NCBI GenBank assembly: GCA_947631315.1
Contig: CANRLA010000003.1
Coordinates: 1-32,750 of the forward strand
Length of the DNA stretch: 32,750 nucleotides
From: an uncultured Clostridia bacterium
Lineage (GTDB): Bacteria > Bacillota > Clostridia > TANB77 > CAG-508
Direction of reading: 5' to 3'
Shown here piece after piece: positions 17,982 through 27,229 of the stretch. The position numbers and the translations under genes are program-made. Position 1 is the stretch's first letter. Each line of letters starts with the position of its first letter. The notes under the pieces are model-generated. The model made no database searches and was not told the DNA's origin. It was given only the letters and a program-made list of their open reading frames with translations.

Positions 17982-18914
17982 TTAGTTTTTTTCATTTTTT
18001 TCAAATATTCTTAATTTTGCACTCTTTGCTCTTGGATTTTCTTGTAATTCTTCTTTGCTTGCTTCTATCGGCTTTTTATTAACTATATTTCCATAAGATT
18101 TATAACCACATATGCAATATGGCAAATCCTTTGGGCAAGTGCATTTCCCTTGAGCATCATTATATGCATTTTTTACTGCTCTATCTTCTAATGAGTGGAA
18201 TGTTATTATACATAATCTACCATTTTGATTTAATACATCAATTGAATTTCTAACTGTATCATACAATGGCTTTATTTCATTATTTACTTCTATTCTTATA
18301 GCTTGAAATGTTCTTTTTGCTGGATGTCCATCTTTTGAAAATGGTTTAGATTTTTCAATAATATCTGTAAGCATTTTTGTTGTAGTTATCTTTTCTTTTT
18401 TTCTATATTCACAAATATTTTTAGCAATTGATTTCGAAAATCTTTCTTCTCCATATTCATAAATTATTTTAGCTAGTTCTTCTTCTGAATAATTATTTAC
18501 GACATCCATTGCTGTAAATTTTTGGCTTTGATCCATTCTCATATCTAAAATATTATCACTATTATAACTAAAGCCTCTTTCTCTTTCATCTAATTGATAT
18601 GATGATACTCCTAGGTCCAATAATATTCCATCTACTTTATCTATATTAAGTTCTTTTAAAATATTTTTTATGTCATCATGATTTCCATGTACTAATTTAT
18701 AGTTTTTAAAAAATTTTAATTTTTCCTCTGCTACATTTAAAGCATCTATATCTCTATCTATGCCTATTAGTAAACCTTTATTTGATAACTTTTCTATTAT
18801 TTTTATGCTATGTCCTGCTCCACCTATTGTACCGTCTACATATATTCCATCAGGCTTTATATTAAGACCTTCTATACATTCATCTAATAAAACAGGAATA
18901 TGTTTAAATTCCAA
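17982..18914 (-). CDS. rsmH: 16S rRNA m4C1402 methyltransferase RsmH (MraW)
   Basis: HIPVLLDE, VDGTIGGAGHS, DLGVSSYQLD, TFQAIRIEVN, ITFHSLEDR, NPRAKSAKLR motifs; TTG start with SD GAGGTG. Confidence 0.97.
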   Translation of the reverse strand: MEFKHIPVLLDECIEGLNIKPDGIYVDGTIGGAGHSIKIIEKLSNKGLLIGIDRDIDALNVAEEKLKFFKNYKLVHGNHDDIKNILKELNIDKVDGILLDLGVSSYQLDERERGFSYNSDNILDMRMDQSQKFTAMDVVNNYSEEELAKIIYEYGEERFSKSIAKNICEYRKKEKITTTKMLTDIIEKSKPFSKDGHPAKRTFQAIRIEVNNEIKPLYDTVRNSIDVLNQNGRLCIITFHSLEDRAVKNAYNDAQGKCTCPKDLPYCICGYKSYGNIVNKKPIEASKEELQENPRAKSAKLRIFEKNEKN

Positions 18915-18939
18915 AATAACACCTCTTTATAATTCCATT

Positions 18940-18967
18940 AGTTGGCATATATAAATATATGCCAACT
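18940..18967. other. Perfect 13-bp inverted repeat just upstream of the rsmH SD
   Basis: AGTTGGCATATAT-aa-ATATATGCCAACT. Confidence 0.8.
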
Positions 18968-18974
18968 TTACTTT

Positions 18975-19336
18975 TATCTTTTGTTTAATTCTTTTGTATA
19001 TTTAAAAGTTCTTTAGTGAAATAGACATCTTTTGAATTTTACTATCTCATTTGTTCGAATCTTTATAATCATTGCTTATATTTTGAAATTTTTTCTTTAG
19101 TTTAGTTTTTCTTTTTTTCTTCTGTTAGGCGTTTTATTATGTGATTTTCATTTGTAAAATTTTTCTTTTGTTCAAAACTTATAATTTTCTTCTTTTGTAT
19201 TTTAAGTTATTCACTTTTTATCTTTTGTAAAAATTTTTAATCTTATCTTTTGTGTTTTTATGTTTTTTCTTATGTAAAGTTTAAAATTTTATCTTTTGTT
19301 AGCTTTATCTTTAGTATAATTTATATAAACTTTTGC
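18975..19336 (-). repeat. Array of about 16 same-orientation degenerate motifs (+ strand tCTTTTGT; - strand ACAAAAGa)
   Basis: CTTTTGT or one-mismatch variants starting at 18978, 18991, 19011, 19029, 19048, 19095, 19119, 19149, 19165, 19192, 19222, 19247, 19269, 19293, 19309 and 19330. Confidence 0.6.
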
Positions 19337-19339
19337 AAG

Positions 19340-19780
19340 TTATATACCAAGCATTCCGAGATTTGCCATATTTTCAGCGATTTGATCTGCTGAAAGATTT
19401 TCTTCACTATTGTATTTCTTCCATTTGTCTTTATCCCAGATTTCAATTCGTGTTCCAACCCCTGTAATCATTACTTCCTTATCTAATTCTGCATATTCTC
19501 TTAAGTTCGATGATATAAGGAATCTACCTTGTTTATCAATCTCACATTCAATTGCTCCTGATAAGAAAAATCTAACAAAATCTCTAGCGTTTTTATTGGT
19601 TAGTGGTAATGTCTTTAATTTTTCTTCAAAGTTGTCCCATTCTTTTTGTGAAAATCCAAACAAACATCCATCTAGTCCTTTTGTTATTATGAATTTATCA
19701 CCAACGTCTTCTCTTAACTTAGCTGGCATTATTAATCTGCCCTTTGCATCTAGTGAATGTTCGTATTCGCCAATTAACAA
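19340..19780 (-). CDS. mraZ: Division/cell wall cluster transcriptional repressor MraZ
   Basis: [36 protein letters not shown] motifs. TTG at 19780 preferred because GTG at 19792 overlaps the SD. Confidence 0.96.
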   Translation of the reverse strand: MLIGEYEHSLDAKGRLIMPAKLREDVGDKFIITKGLDGCLFGFSQKEWDNFEEKLKTLPLTNKNARDFVRFFLSGAIECEIDKQGRFLISSNLREYAELDKEVMITGVGTRIEIWDKDKWKKYNSEENLSADQIAENMANLGMLGI

Positions 19781-19797
19781 CTTCTTGTTCACCTCCT

Positions 19798-19825
19798 ACC
19801 ACTTTAAACCACTTTGTACCACTTT
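19798..19825 (-). promoter_or_regulatory. MraZ operator: three AAAGTGGT direct repeats with a 10-bp period
   Basis: - strand AAAGTGGTacAAAGTGGTttAAAGTGGT between the -10 box and the SD; GTGG repeats are the known MraZ binding boxes. Confidence 0.85.
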
Positions 19826-19832
19826 CAACTAA

Positions 19833-19861
19833 ATTTTAATACAACAAAAAATAAAATGCAA
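19833..19861 (-). promoter_or_regulatory. Sigma-A promoter of mraZ
   Basis: TTGCAT-17 nt-TAAAAT directly upstream of the operator. Confidence 0.7.
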
Positions 19862-19983
19862 TAGTTTTTATTAAAAATTTTTTATATTTTTAATAAACTT
19901 TTGCATTTTTTATTTACTATATTTTTTATTGTTTTCAATTATTTATTATGCAATTCTTTCATTATTGCATTTTTTATTTCTTA

Positions 19984-20946
19984 TTACTTTATTTTTCTAT
20001 TAGCCTTATCAAAAGTAATATCTCTGTTCTTTCTTCTATCTATTACATAAGTACTTCCATAAATTGTCTTTGCTAGATGCTTTACTGCAGCTCCAGCTTC
20101 ACCTATTTCTAGTGTATTTTTGAATCTACCTACTGCTACATCTACAACACCAATTGAAATTGATGTTAAAGGATATTGTTCCATTATTCCTCTTCTATTT
20201 TCTACCTCTAAGTATCCTCTTTCTAAATCTTCCTTATTAAAGAATTTTGCAAGTCCTGCATCAAATTGTGTAATTATTGATTGACTGATTTTTTCGTAAT
20301 CCTCATCCTCTGTAATTGCTATAAAATCGTCCCCTCCAATATGTCCAACAAAATTTTTTTCATTTTCTTCTTTTAATATATTGTCCTGTATTACCTTAGC
20401 GGTAAATTTAATTATTTCGTCTCCATTAGAAAATCCATAAGTATCATTATAAGCCTTGAAATTATCTAAATCTATGTAAAGCATTGCAAATTCTTGCTTA
20501 TTCGAAAGCCTTTTTTTCATTTCTGCTTGAATTTGCACATTTCCTGGAAGTCCTGTAAGTGGACTTACCATTCTATTTGAATTTAATAATCTCATTATAT
20601 TTTTTATGTTATAATATAGTATTTCTTTATCTATTGGTTGTTCTAAATATAATTCTACTTCATTTTTTAATATTTCAACGATGTGTGATGTATCTTTATT
20701 TGAAGATACAATAATTATAGGTGTAATTGAATTGTCTTCATCGCTTCTTACATTTTTACAATATTCTATTATGTCACCTTGTATATTATCTTCATTTATA
20801 ACTAATATATCTGGAATATTTTTTAATACTATTTCAAATTGTTTCGGTACTATCTTTTTTATTCTTATTTCTTTGTCATTTTTAAATGTTTCTTCTAATT
20901 TTGCTTTTAAATCATTTTCTTTATCAACTACATAAATGTATTTCAC
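19984..20946 (-). CDS. Diguanylate cyclase with an N-terminal (pseudo-)receiver domain
   Basis: REC-like fold (YIYVVD, PDILVINED, TPIIIVS); SPLTGLPGN, DLDNFKAYNDTYG..GD, GHIGGDDF, SISIGV motifs; GTG start with SD AAGGAG. Confidence 0.85.
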   Translation of the reverse strand: MKYIYVVDKENDLKAKLEETFKNDKEIRIKKIVPKQFEIVLKNIPDILVINEDNIQGDIIEYCKNVRSDEDNSITPIIIVSSNKDTSHIVEILKNEVELYLEQPIDKEILYYNIKNIMRLLNSNRMVSPLTGLPGNVQIQAEMKKRLSNKQEFAMLYIDLDNFKAYNDTYGFSNGDEIIKFTAKVIQDNILKEENEKNFVGHIGGDDFIAITEDEDYEKISQSIITQFDAGLAKFFNKEDLERGYLEVENRRGIMEQYPLTSISIGVVDVAVGRFKNTLEIGEAGAAVKHLAKTIYGSTYVIDRRKNRDITFDKANRKIK

Positions 20947-20966
20947 GATAAAGCTCCTTTCTTATG

Positions 20967-21971
20967 TTACATTTCAACAGTAACTTCACCTGTTGCAGGA
21001 AGTCCATTTACATTCACTACAGTAACAGAAATTGTATGTGTACCGCTCGTAACCTCCCAAGTAACAGATATTTCCTTTTGATTTATCGGTGTTTCACCAC
21101 TATCTCTAGTTTCACCATCTACAGTCATAGATACTTTACTGATTCCTTCATCATCTTTAGCATTTAATATAATTTTTAATCCATCTCTTGATAAAGTGAA
21201 TGTTGGTTTCGTATCTCCAATAATACTTTCTGTTCTTGTTTCTCTATTTCCTTCTTTGTCTACAGCAATTATTGATAATTTATTTTGTCCTGATGGAACA
21301 TCTATATTAGTATTAATTTCTGTTGGATTATCTTCTTTTTCTACTCTTACAGCTTCATCATCATTCCAGCTATATGTTATATAATCTATTTCTGTATCAT
21401 CATTTGCTTTGATATTAAGCTTTGTTCCACTAATTGCTATTTCTATTGTAGGCTTGTTTACATCTGAACTATCATATAAATATTGTTTATGAAAGTTTTT
21501 CTTATTACCAAAATTATCTGTTACTGTCATTCTTAATATGTTGTTTCCATTTGGAATTTGAATAACTGTTTCTAATGAAAGAGTACCATTTCCTTCTATT
21601 GTTACTGGTTCTCCGTCATTCCATTTATACATAAACTCTTTAATTGGATATTGTTCTGATGAGACTGTTATTTTGGTTTCTTTTCCCATTCTATCTGCCG
21701 TAATTTCAACATTATCTATAATTTTTTCTCCGCTATTTTGTATTATTGCATAAGTTGATTCGCCTATTAAAATTAGACCAAACAATATAATACTTATACA
21801 AAATATTTTTATTATTTTTGAAATATCTGCTTTATTACTTGTAGCATTTGCTCTTCTTATTGTTTCATTTTGTATAGGTATTCTTTCTACTTTTACTTCA
21901 TTTTTTGTTTCTATTTTTTGTTCATTTACTTTCTTTTGTGGTTCTCCACCCATTGATAAAATTTGGTTCAT
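20967..21971 (-). CDS. Membrane-anchored hypothetical protein with about three extracellular Ig-like repeats
   Basis: Single TM helix near residues 54-77; repeats such as PTIEI..ANDDTEI..G.NKLSIIAVDKEGN; ends 20 bp upstream of the DGC gene. Confidence 0.7.
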   Translation of the reverse strand: MNQILSMGGEPQKKVNEQKIETKNEVKVERIPIQNETIRRANATSNKADISKIIKIFCISIILFGLILIGESTYAIIQNSGEKIIDNVEITADRMGKETKITVSSEQYPIKEFMYKWNDGEPVTIEGNGTLSLETVIQIPNGNNILRMTVTDNFGNKKNFHKQYLYDSSDVNKPTIEIAISGTKLNIKANDDTEIDYITYSWNDDEAVRVEKEDNPTEINTNIDVPSGQNKLSIIAVDKEGNRETRTESIIGDTKPTFTLSRDGLKIILNAKDDEGISKVSMTVDGETRDSGETPINQKEISVTWEVTSGTHTISVTVVNVNGLPATGEVTVEM

Positions 21972-22003
21972 TATTTTTCCTCTTTAATTTTTATATTGCT
22001 TGC

Positions 22004-22032
22004 ATTATAGCATATTGATTTTTTTTAGTAAA
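22004..22032 (-). promoter_or_regulatory. Sigma-A promoter of the Ig-protein/DGC operon
   Basis: TTTACT-17 nt-TATAAT with an extended TG motif. Confidence 0.6.
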
Positions 22033-22179
22033 CTTTTTTTACTATTTTATTAAATATTTTTTACTATTTTTTATTTTTTTATACTATTTTGCTATTAATA
22101 CAAAGATTGAAAACAAAGTAATGATAAAAATATATTGGTACAATATATATTTTTTAATACAATGATAGAAATATATTTA

Positions 22180-22217
22180 AAAAATACAAGATATGTATTT
22201 CAATATCTTGTATTTTT
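22180..22217 (-). terminator. Intrinsic terminator of adhesin 1
   Basis: AAAAATACAAGATAT...ATATCTTGTATTTTT. Confidence 0.75.
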
Positions 22218-22235
22218 ATTTACATTAACTTATTT

Positions 22236-25200
22236 TTAAACTACATATTTTTTTATAATTAATGCTCCCGCTCCAAATATTAACACTGCTCCTGCAATTA
22301 TTGCTATATATGTTTGTGCTATACCTGTTACTACTGTTAGTATTACTGGTGCATCATCCATATCGTCTTCTCCGTCTTTTTTATTATTTGGCGTTGAATC
22401 TATATCAGGTGAATCTGATGGATTACTATCTTTACTTATTTCTGCTACATTTATTTTTAGATTTAAGTTTTCATCTCCATTTATCCATGTTAGCAATACT
22501 TCTACCGTTGCTGATTCTCCTGGTTGTAATAGTGTGTCTTTCAATTGGTCTGTTACTATCTTTCCATTTTCTTCTCTCCACTTTGGATTATCTGCTTGAT
22601 TAAATTTTAATCCTTCCGGTATATAGTCTGATATCTCTGTTGCGTATCCTTCTATCTCTCCTTCGTTTGTTATTCTTATCTGATATCTAAATTTTACTAT
22701 TGTATTTTCTATTCTGTCTTTATTTAGTTCTACTTTTACTACTGGCTCCGGGTCTTGCTCTGCATAATGGTCTGTATCCATCTCTTTTTGTATACCATCT
22801 TCTATTAATATTGCTTGACTTACCCATTTTCTTAATGCTAAATCAAAATATTTTACATATAGATGTTCTACATCTTGGTCGTCTTCCCCTTCATTCCATT
22901 CATTTGGTGTTGAGTCTGTATCGTCTACTTCTTCTCCTTCTTCGTCTGTATCTTTACTTATCTGTGCTTTATTCGTTATTGTTCTATCTGATGTGTTTGG
23001 TTCTGTTACTCTAAATGCTATCTTTACATCTTTATAATCAGGTGTGTCCATTGTCGTTGGGTCAAATCCTTTTAATAGATTCTCTCCTTTTACTTTTTCA
23101 TTTTCTTTTGATAAATAATCGGTTGCTATCGTTTCTGCTTTTTTTATTTCTGTTGTTATATTTCCGTCTTTATCATACATTATCCATTTATATTCTTTAT
23201 TTATTTCATGGTCTTGTATAAATTCTAACCCTGCTGGTATATCATCTTTTATCTCTGCTGCATAGCCTGCTTGGGTTCCTTCATTATATACTCTTATTGT
23301 GTATGTTACTACATCGTTATTTGCTACTCTTACTGGATCTTTTGGATGTGTATATTCCATATTTGTTATTTCTTTTCCATCAACTATTGTTCCATATTTT
23401 GATGTATCCACTTGTGGTACTCTTGTTGTTATTTCCTCGTCATTTACTCCTGTTATAAATTTTCTTAATGCTAAATCAAATTTTTCTAATATGATTTTTT
23501 CAAAGTCATCATCGTCTTCTTGTCCTTCATAATGATAATCTTTGTCTGTTAAATCTTCTTTATTATCGTCATTTCCTTTATAATTTGGAAGTTCTGAATC
23601 ATTTGGAAGTTTTACTTTCTCATCATTATCTCTATCCGGTATATTATATTCATTATTGCTTGCTGTTATTTCTGCTATATTTGTGATTTTCTTAGAAACT
23701 TCTGTTGTATTTTTTACTTTGCATCTAACTTGAATATCCTTATAATCTAAGGTTCCTTCTCCATTAAATCCTTTTAATATATTTTCTTCACTTTGAGCTT
23801 TTGATAAATATGTTGTCTTTATTGTTCTTCCTGTTTCATCACTACTATCTAAAGTCCATAAATATTTTTTGTTCATTTCATCATTTGGTAAGAACTCTAG
23901 TTCAGGTGGTAAGTGATCTACTATCTCATCTGCATATCCATCAACTTGACCTTCATTATATATTCTTAATGTATATGTTACTATATCACCTACTTTTACT
24001 TTTATTGGTTCTTTTGAATGCTTATAATCTGCTGTTTTTTCTCCATTTAATAATGGTGAAACATCTACAGTTGGTGCCCTATCATACTCTCCATTTGTTT
24101 TTAATTCAGTTTCATTTACAGCTGTTATAAATTTTCTTAATGCTAAGTCAAAATTTTTAATATATACTTTTTCAAAGTCATCATCATCTTCTTCGCCTTC
24201 ATAATAATGATTACTATCACTTAAATCGTCTGGATTTGTATTTTTTCCTTTATAGTTTTCCATATTATCTTTATTTACATTTGGGCTGTTTGATGGCTGT
24301 GAATCTATATCACTTCCATTTGTATTGTCTTCTGTATCATAATCATTACTAATATATGCTACATTTGTTAAAATACCATTATTACCCATCATAGCTTCAT
24401 AATTAACTTTACAATCGATTTCTATTGTTTCATAATCTAAATCCCCATCAAATGTTTTTAAATCTTTTGCTTGGTCTTGGATTTCAAATATCACTCTATT
24501 TGTATTTTCATTATATTGTATTTTATAGGTATTTTTTTCTTGACCATCAGAACCAGTTGATGTAACAGTTCCACTACTTAATAACACTAATCCTCTTGGT
24601 AGTTGGTCTATTATTTGACTAGCATATCCTGTTTTTTCACCTTCATTGTAAATCGTTATGTTGTAGGTTACTTTATCATTATTTTTTACCAAAATAGGAT
24701 CTTTCTTATGATTGTAATCTGCTGTTGTATCTTGTTTACTTTCTAATCCTGTGTCATTTATATTTGGATTTCTAGATGGAATATTTAAGTCTTTTAATAA
24801 CACATCATTTATTTTTGTTATATATTTTCTTAATGCTAAATCAAATTTTTTATAAGTATTTTTTATAACGAATCCGCTTCTAGAATTTCCTGTAATTTGT
24901 GCAGTATATCCTCGAGGTAAATCTTTTTCTATAACTGTATAAAATATCTCTTGCCCATCTTTATCTGTATCAAGATCTGTAAATGTATATTGCCAGTTAT
25001 TTCCCTCATTTAAAGTTGCTTCGTTTTTAACTTCACCATTAGCTAGTAATTCCACTACTACTGATGATGGTCTCGTACTTTGAGCATTATCTGAATCATC
25101 CCAAACCTTTTTAACTGATACTTGCGTTTTATCTGTTTTATGATAATTTGTTATAGTAAATCCGTCTGTTTGGTTTCCTGATACTGTTTTAGTATATTCA

Positions 25201-26951
25201 GGTATTTCAGTTTTTTCTCTTACCGTATAAACTATTTCACGGCGATCACTATTATTTTTTTGTAAATTTGTGAATGTATGTTTCCAGTTATTACTTGCAT
25301 TTAATTTTACTGTTTGACTTACCTCTCCATCAGCTAGTAATTCCACCTCTACTTCTTCCAGTCTTAATCCGTCTTGGTCATTATTATCAGACCAAATTTT
25401 TTCTACTGGTATACTTATGTTTGTAGTTATATGAGTATTAGTAATTGTATAACCACTTGCAGCATCTCCAGTTAATGATGATGTATAACCATTTGGTGTA
25501 TTTGCTTCTTTAACGGTATAGTTTATTACCTTTCCTGATTTATCATATTTATCTAATCCTAAAAATGTATATGTCCAGCTATTACCCTCATTAAGTTCTA
25601 TTGTTTCACCTTTTTGCACATTATCCGCTAATAACTGCACTTTTACATTTTGCGGTCTTATATTATCTTGATTGTTAGAATCTTCCCATACTTTAGTAAC
25701 AGTTATATTAGTAAGGTCAGGTTTTAATGTTTGTGTATCATCAGCACTAAAGTTAATCTTTTCGTCTTTAATTTCTACAACTGGTTGATTTGATGTATTA
25801 GAATTTGATGGAGTAGACCAATAAGTTATTTCTCTATTAATATTTAATGCTGAAATGCTAATTTTTATATCAGTATTGTTTTTTATTGAATTTACAGGTA
25901 CTTGAATATAAAAGTTATTTCCAATTGTTGATTTTATTTTATCACTTATGTTATTACCTGTTATTTCTACCTTACTACTATTTAAGATTTTAATATCTGT
26001 TTGTGTTATAGCGTTTGCAGTTACTGTTGCACTAAAATTTGTATAGTTATCACTATTTTTTGTTATTTTATAAGGTCCTATTACATAATGTCCGTTACTA
26101 TTCTCTATTGTTACTCCATTTTTTATTAATGTTAATGCTTGATTTGATGTGTTTGATGTATAAGTTTTGTGTCGTTCTGGCTCTGATATTAGATAATCAT
26201 ATAATGCATCTATTGGACACTCCTCTTCATCATAACTATATTTACTACATATATCTACTTTGTTTGCACCACCATTTTGTGTGCCTACATAAAAAGTTTC
26301 TGCTTTAGTAGGTTGGTACTGACCATTTGCATTTGTTATATACCATATTGCAGCTTGTTGTATAACTTCTATCAAATCTTTAAACTTTTGTTCTTTTGAA
26401 GAATTATTTTCAGCTGTCATTCCTGTTAAGAAAGCATCTTTATTCAATGAATCACCATATGAATCTTTAACTTTACTTAATAACGTATTAACTGAATCTT
26501 CATCTTCAGGTATGCAAATATTATCTAAAAGCCATAGTAATTTATTATAATTTTCTCCCTGTGGAAATACGCTTTCACTATTGTATGGAGAGGAGATTTT
26601 CGATTTATCTTTGAAATCAAAATATTGATTATATTGTACTATACTACTTTGCGAATTTTCTGACCCAAATCCAATTCCATCTTTTATACAATATAATGCT
26701 TCGCTAGTATTTTTAGGAGATGTTCCACCAGCATCAGTATATTCAACTATTTTAATTATTGGTAAAGGTGCACTACTACCACCGTTCTTTCTTCCTGAGG
26801 TGTAATAACCTGTTGGTCTGCCATTTCCTTTGCCATATAGGCCTAGATATTTTCCAGGCGTGGTACTTTGTGCAAAATTGGAATTACAAAATAGTATTGC
26901 AATTGTTATAAAAAAAGTTAGTAATAATCCTATTTTTTTAGTTTTTTTCAT
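22236..26951 (-). CDS. Thioester-domain surface adhesin 1 (TED, 3 CnaB domains, 4 FDLALRK/DUF11-like repeats, C-terminal anchor)
   Basis: Signal peptide; ALYCIKDG, IQQAAIWYIT, SNQPVV; three V.K.W.D...RP..V.V.LLA.....ITN-type CnaB repeats; four FDLALRK..VTYT(I/L)R.YNEG-type repeats with Asp-rich loops; VVTG followed by TM helix and KK. Confidence 0.85.
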   Translation of the reverse strand: MKKTKKIGLLLTFFITIAILFCNSNFAQSTTPGKYLGLYGKGNGRPTGYYTSGRKNGGSSAPLPIIKIVEYTDAGGTSPKNTSEALYCIKDGIGFGSENSQSSIVQYNQYFDFKDKSKISSPYNSESVFPQGENYNKLLWLLDNICIPEDEDSVNTLLSKVKDSYGDSLNKDAFLTGMTAENNSSKEQKFKDLIEVIQQAAIWYITNANGQYQPTKAETFYVGTQNGGANKVDICSKYSYDEEECPIDALYDYLISEPERHKTYTSNTSNQALTLIKNGVTIENSNGHYVIGPYKITKNSDNYTNFSATVTANAITQTDIKILNSSKVEITGNNISDKIKSTIGNNFYIQVPVNSIKNNTDIKISISALNINREITYWSTPSNSNTSNQPVVEIKDEKINFSADDTQTLKPDLTNITVTKVWEDSNNQDNIRPQNVKVQLLADNVQKGETIELNEGNSWTYTFLGLDKYDKSGKVINYTVKEANTPNGYTSSLTGDAASGYTITNTHITTNISIPVEKIWSDNNDQDGLRLEEVEVELLADGEVSQTVKLNASNNWKHTFTNLQKNNSDRREIVYTVREKTEIPEYTKTVSGNQTDGFTITNYHKTDKTQVSVKKVWDDSDNAQSTRPSSVVVELLANGEVKNEATLNEGNNWQYTFTDLDTDKDGQEIFYTVIEKDLPRGYTAQITGNSRSGFVIKNTYKKFDLALRKYITKINDVLLKDLNIPSRNPNINDTGLESKQDTTADYNHKKDPILVKNNDKVTYNITIYNEGEKTGYASQIIDQLPRGLVLLSSGTVTSTGSDGQEKNTYKIQYNENTNRVIFEIQDQAKDLKTFDGDLDYETIEIDCKVNYEAMMGNNGILTNVAYISNDYDTEDNTNGSDIDSQPSNSPNVNKDNMENYKGKNTNPDDLSDSNHYYEGEEDDDDFEKVYIKNFDLALRKFITAVNETELKTNGEYDRAPTVDVSPLLNGEKTADYKHSKEPIKVKVGDIVTYTLRIYNEGQVDGYADEIVDHLPPELEFLPNDEMNKKYLWTLDSSDETGRTIKTTYLSKAQSEENILKGFNGEGTLDYKDIQVRCKVKNTTEVSKKITNIAEITASNNEYNIPDRDNDEKVKLPNDSELPNYKGNDDNKEDLTDKDYHYEGQEDDDDFEKIILEKFDLALRKFITGVNDEEITTRVPQVDTSKYGTIVDGKEITNMEYTHPKDPVRVANNDVVTYTIRVYNEGTQAGYAAEIKDDIPAGLEFIQDHEINKEYKWIMYDKDGNITTEIKKAETIATDYLSKENEKVKGENLLKGFDPTTMDTPDYKDVKIAFRVTEPNTSDRTITNKAQISKDTDEEGEEVDDTDSTPNEWNEGEDDQDVEHLYVKYFDLALRKWVSQAILIEDGIQKEMDTDHYAEQDPEPVVKVELNKDRIENTIVKFRYQIRITNEGEIEGYATEISDYIPEGLKFNQADNPKWREENGKIVTDQLKDTLLQPGESATVEVLLTWINGDENLNLKINVAEISKDSNPSDSPDIDSTPNNKKDGEDDMDDAPVILTVVTGIAQTYIAIIAGAVLIFGAGALIIKKYVV
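22313..23594 (-). repeat. About 1.28-kb near-identical direct repeat, copy 1 (3' part of adhesin 1)
   Basis: Matches 27307-28588 at an offset of 4994; no differences seen by eye from about 22408 to 23060. Confidence 0.92.
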
Positions 26952-26992
26952 TATATATTCCTCCGTTTAAATTGACCCATTTATCCAAAATA

Positions 26993-27021
26993 ATTATATA
27001 TAAGCAATTTGTAAAAATCAA
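26993..27021 (-). promoter_or_regulatory. Sigma-A promoter of adhesin 1
   Basis: TTGATT-17 nt-TATAAT. Confidence 0.7.
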
Positions 27022-27160
27022 TCATTTTGTATTTCAAATATATTTCAAGAATATTTCTTTTATGTTACTTTTATATTGTTATTATTTGCTTAAAAATATT
27101 TTTTATTATTAATATTTTTTATAGTACAAAAAATCAAACATAAAAAATGTCCATAATAAA

Positions 27161-27202
27161 AAAAAACCAAAATGCTATTTTATCTCTAACATCTTGGTTT
27201 TT
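27161..27202 (-). terminator. Probable intrinsic terminator of adhesin 2
   Basis: AAAAAACCAAAATG...CATCTTGGTTTTTT imperfect inverted repeat with a U-tract on the - strand. Confidence 0.65.
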
Positions 27203-27229
27203 TCATAATATAAATTATATTTCTTTATA

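Noticed and set aside
18975-19336. CRISPR array interpretation of the mraZ-rsmH repeats
   Set aside because: Repeats are only 7-10 bp, degenerate and irregularly spaced; no cas genes present.
19410-19832. 140-aa + strand ORF and other short antisense ORFs over tsf, the PBP gene, rsmH and the DGC gene
   Set aside because: They overlap well-supported genes on the opposite strand and show no independent coding signal.
19984-20946. Hypr-type cGAMP-producing GGDEF enzyme
   Set aside because: The guanine-specifying Asp in YGFSNGD is retained rather than replaced by Ser or Thr.
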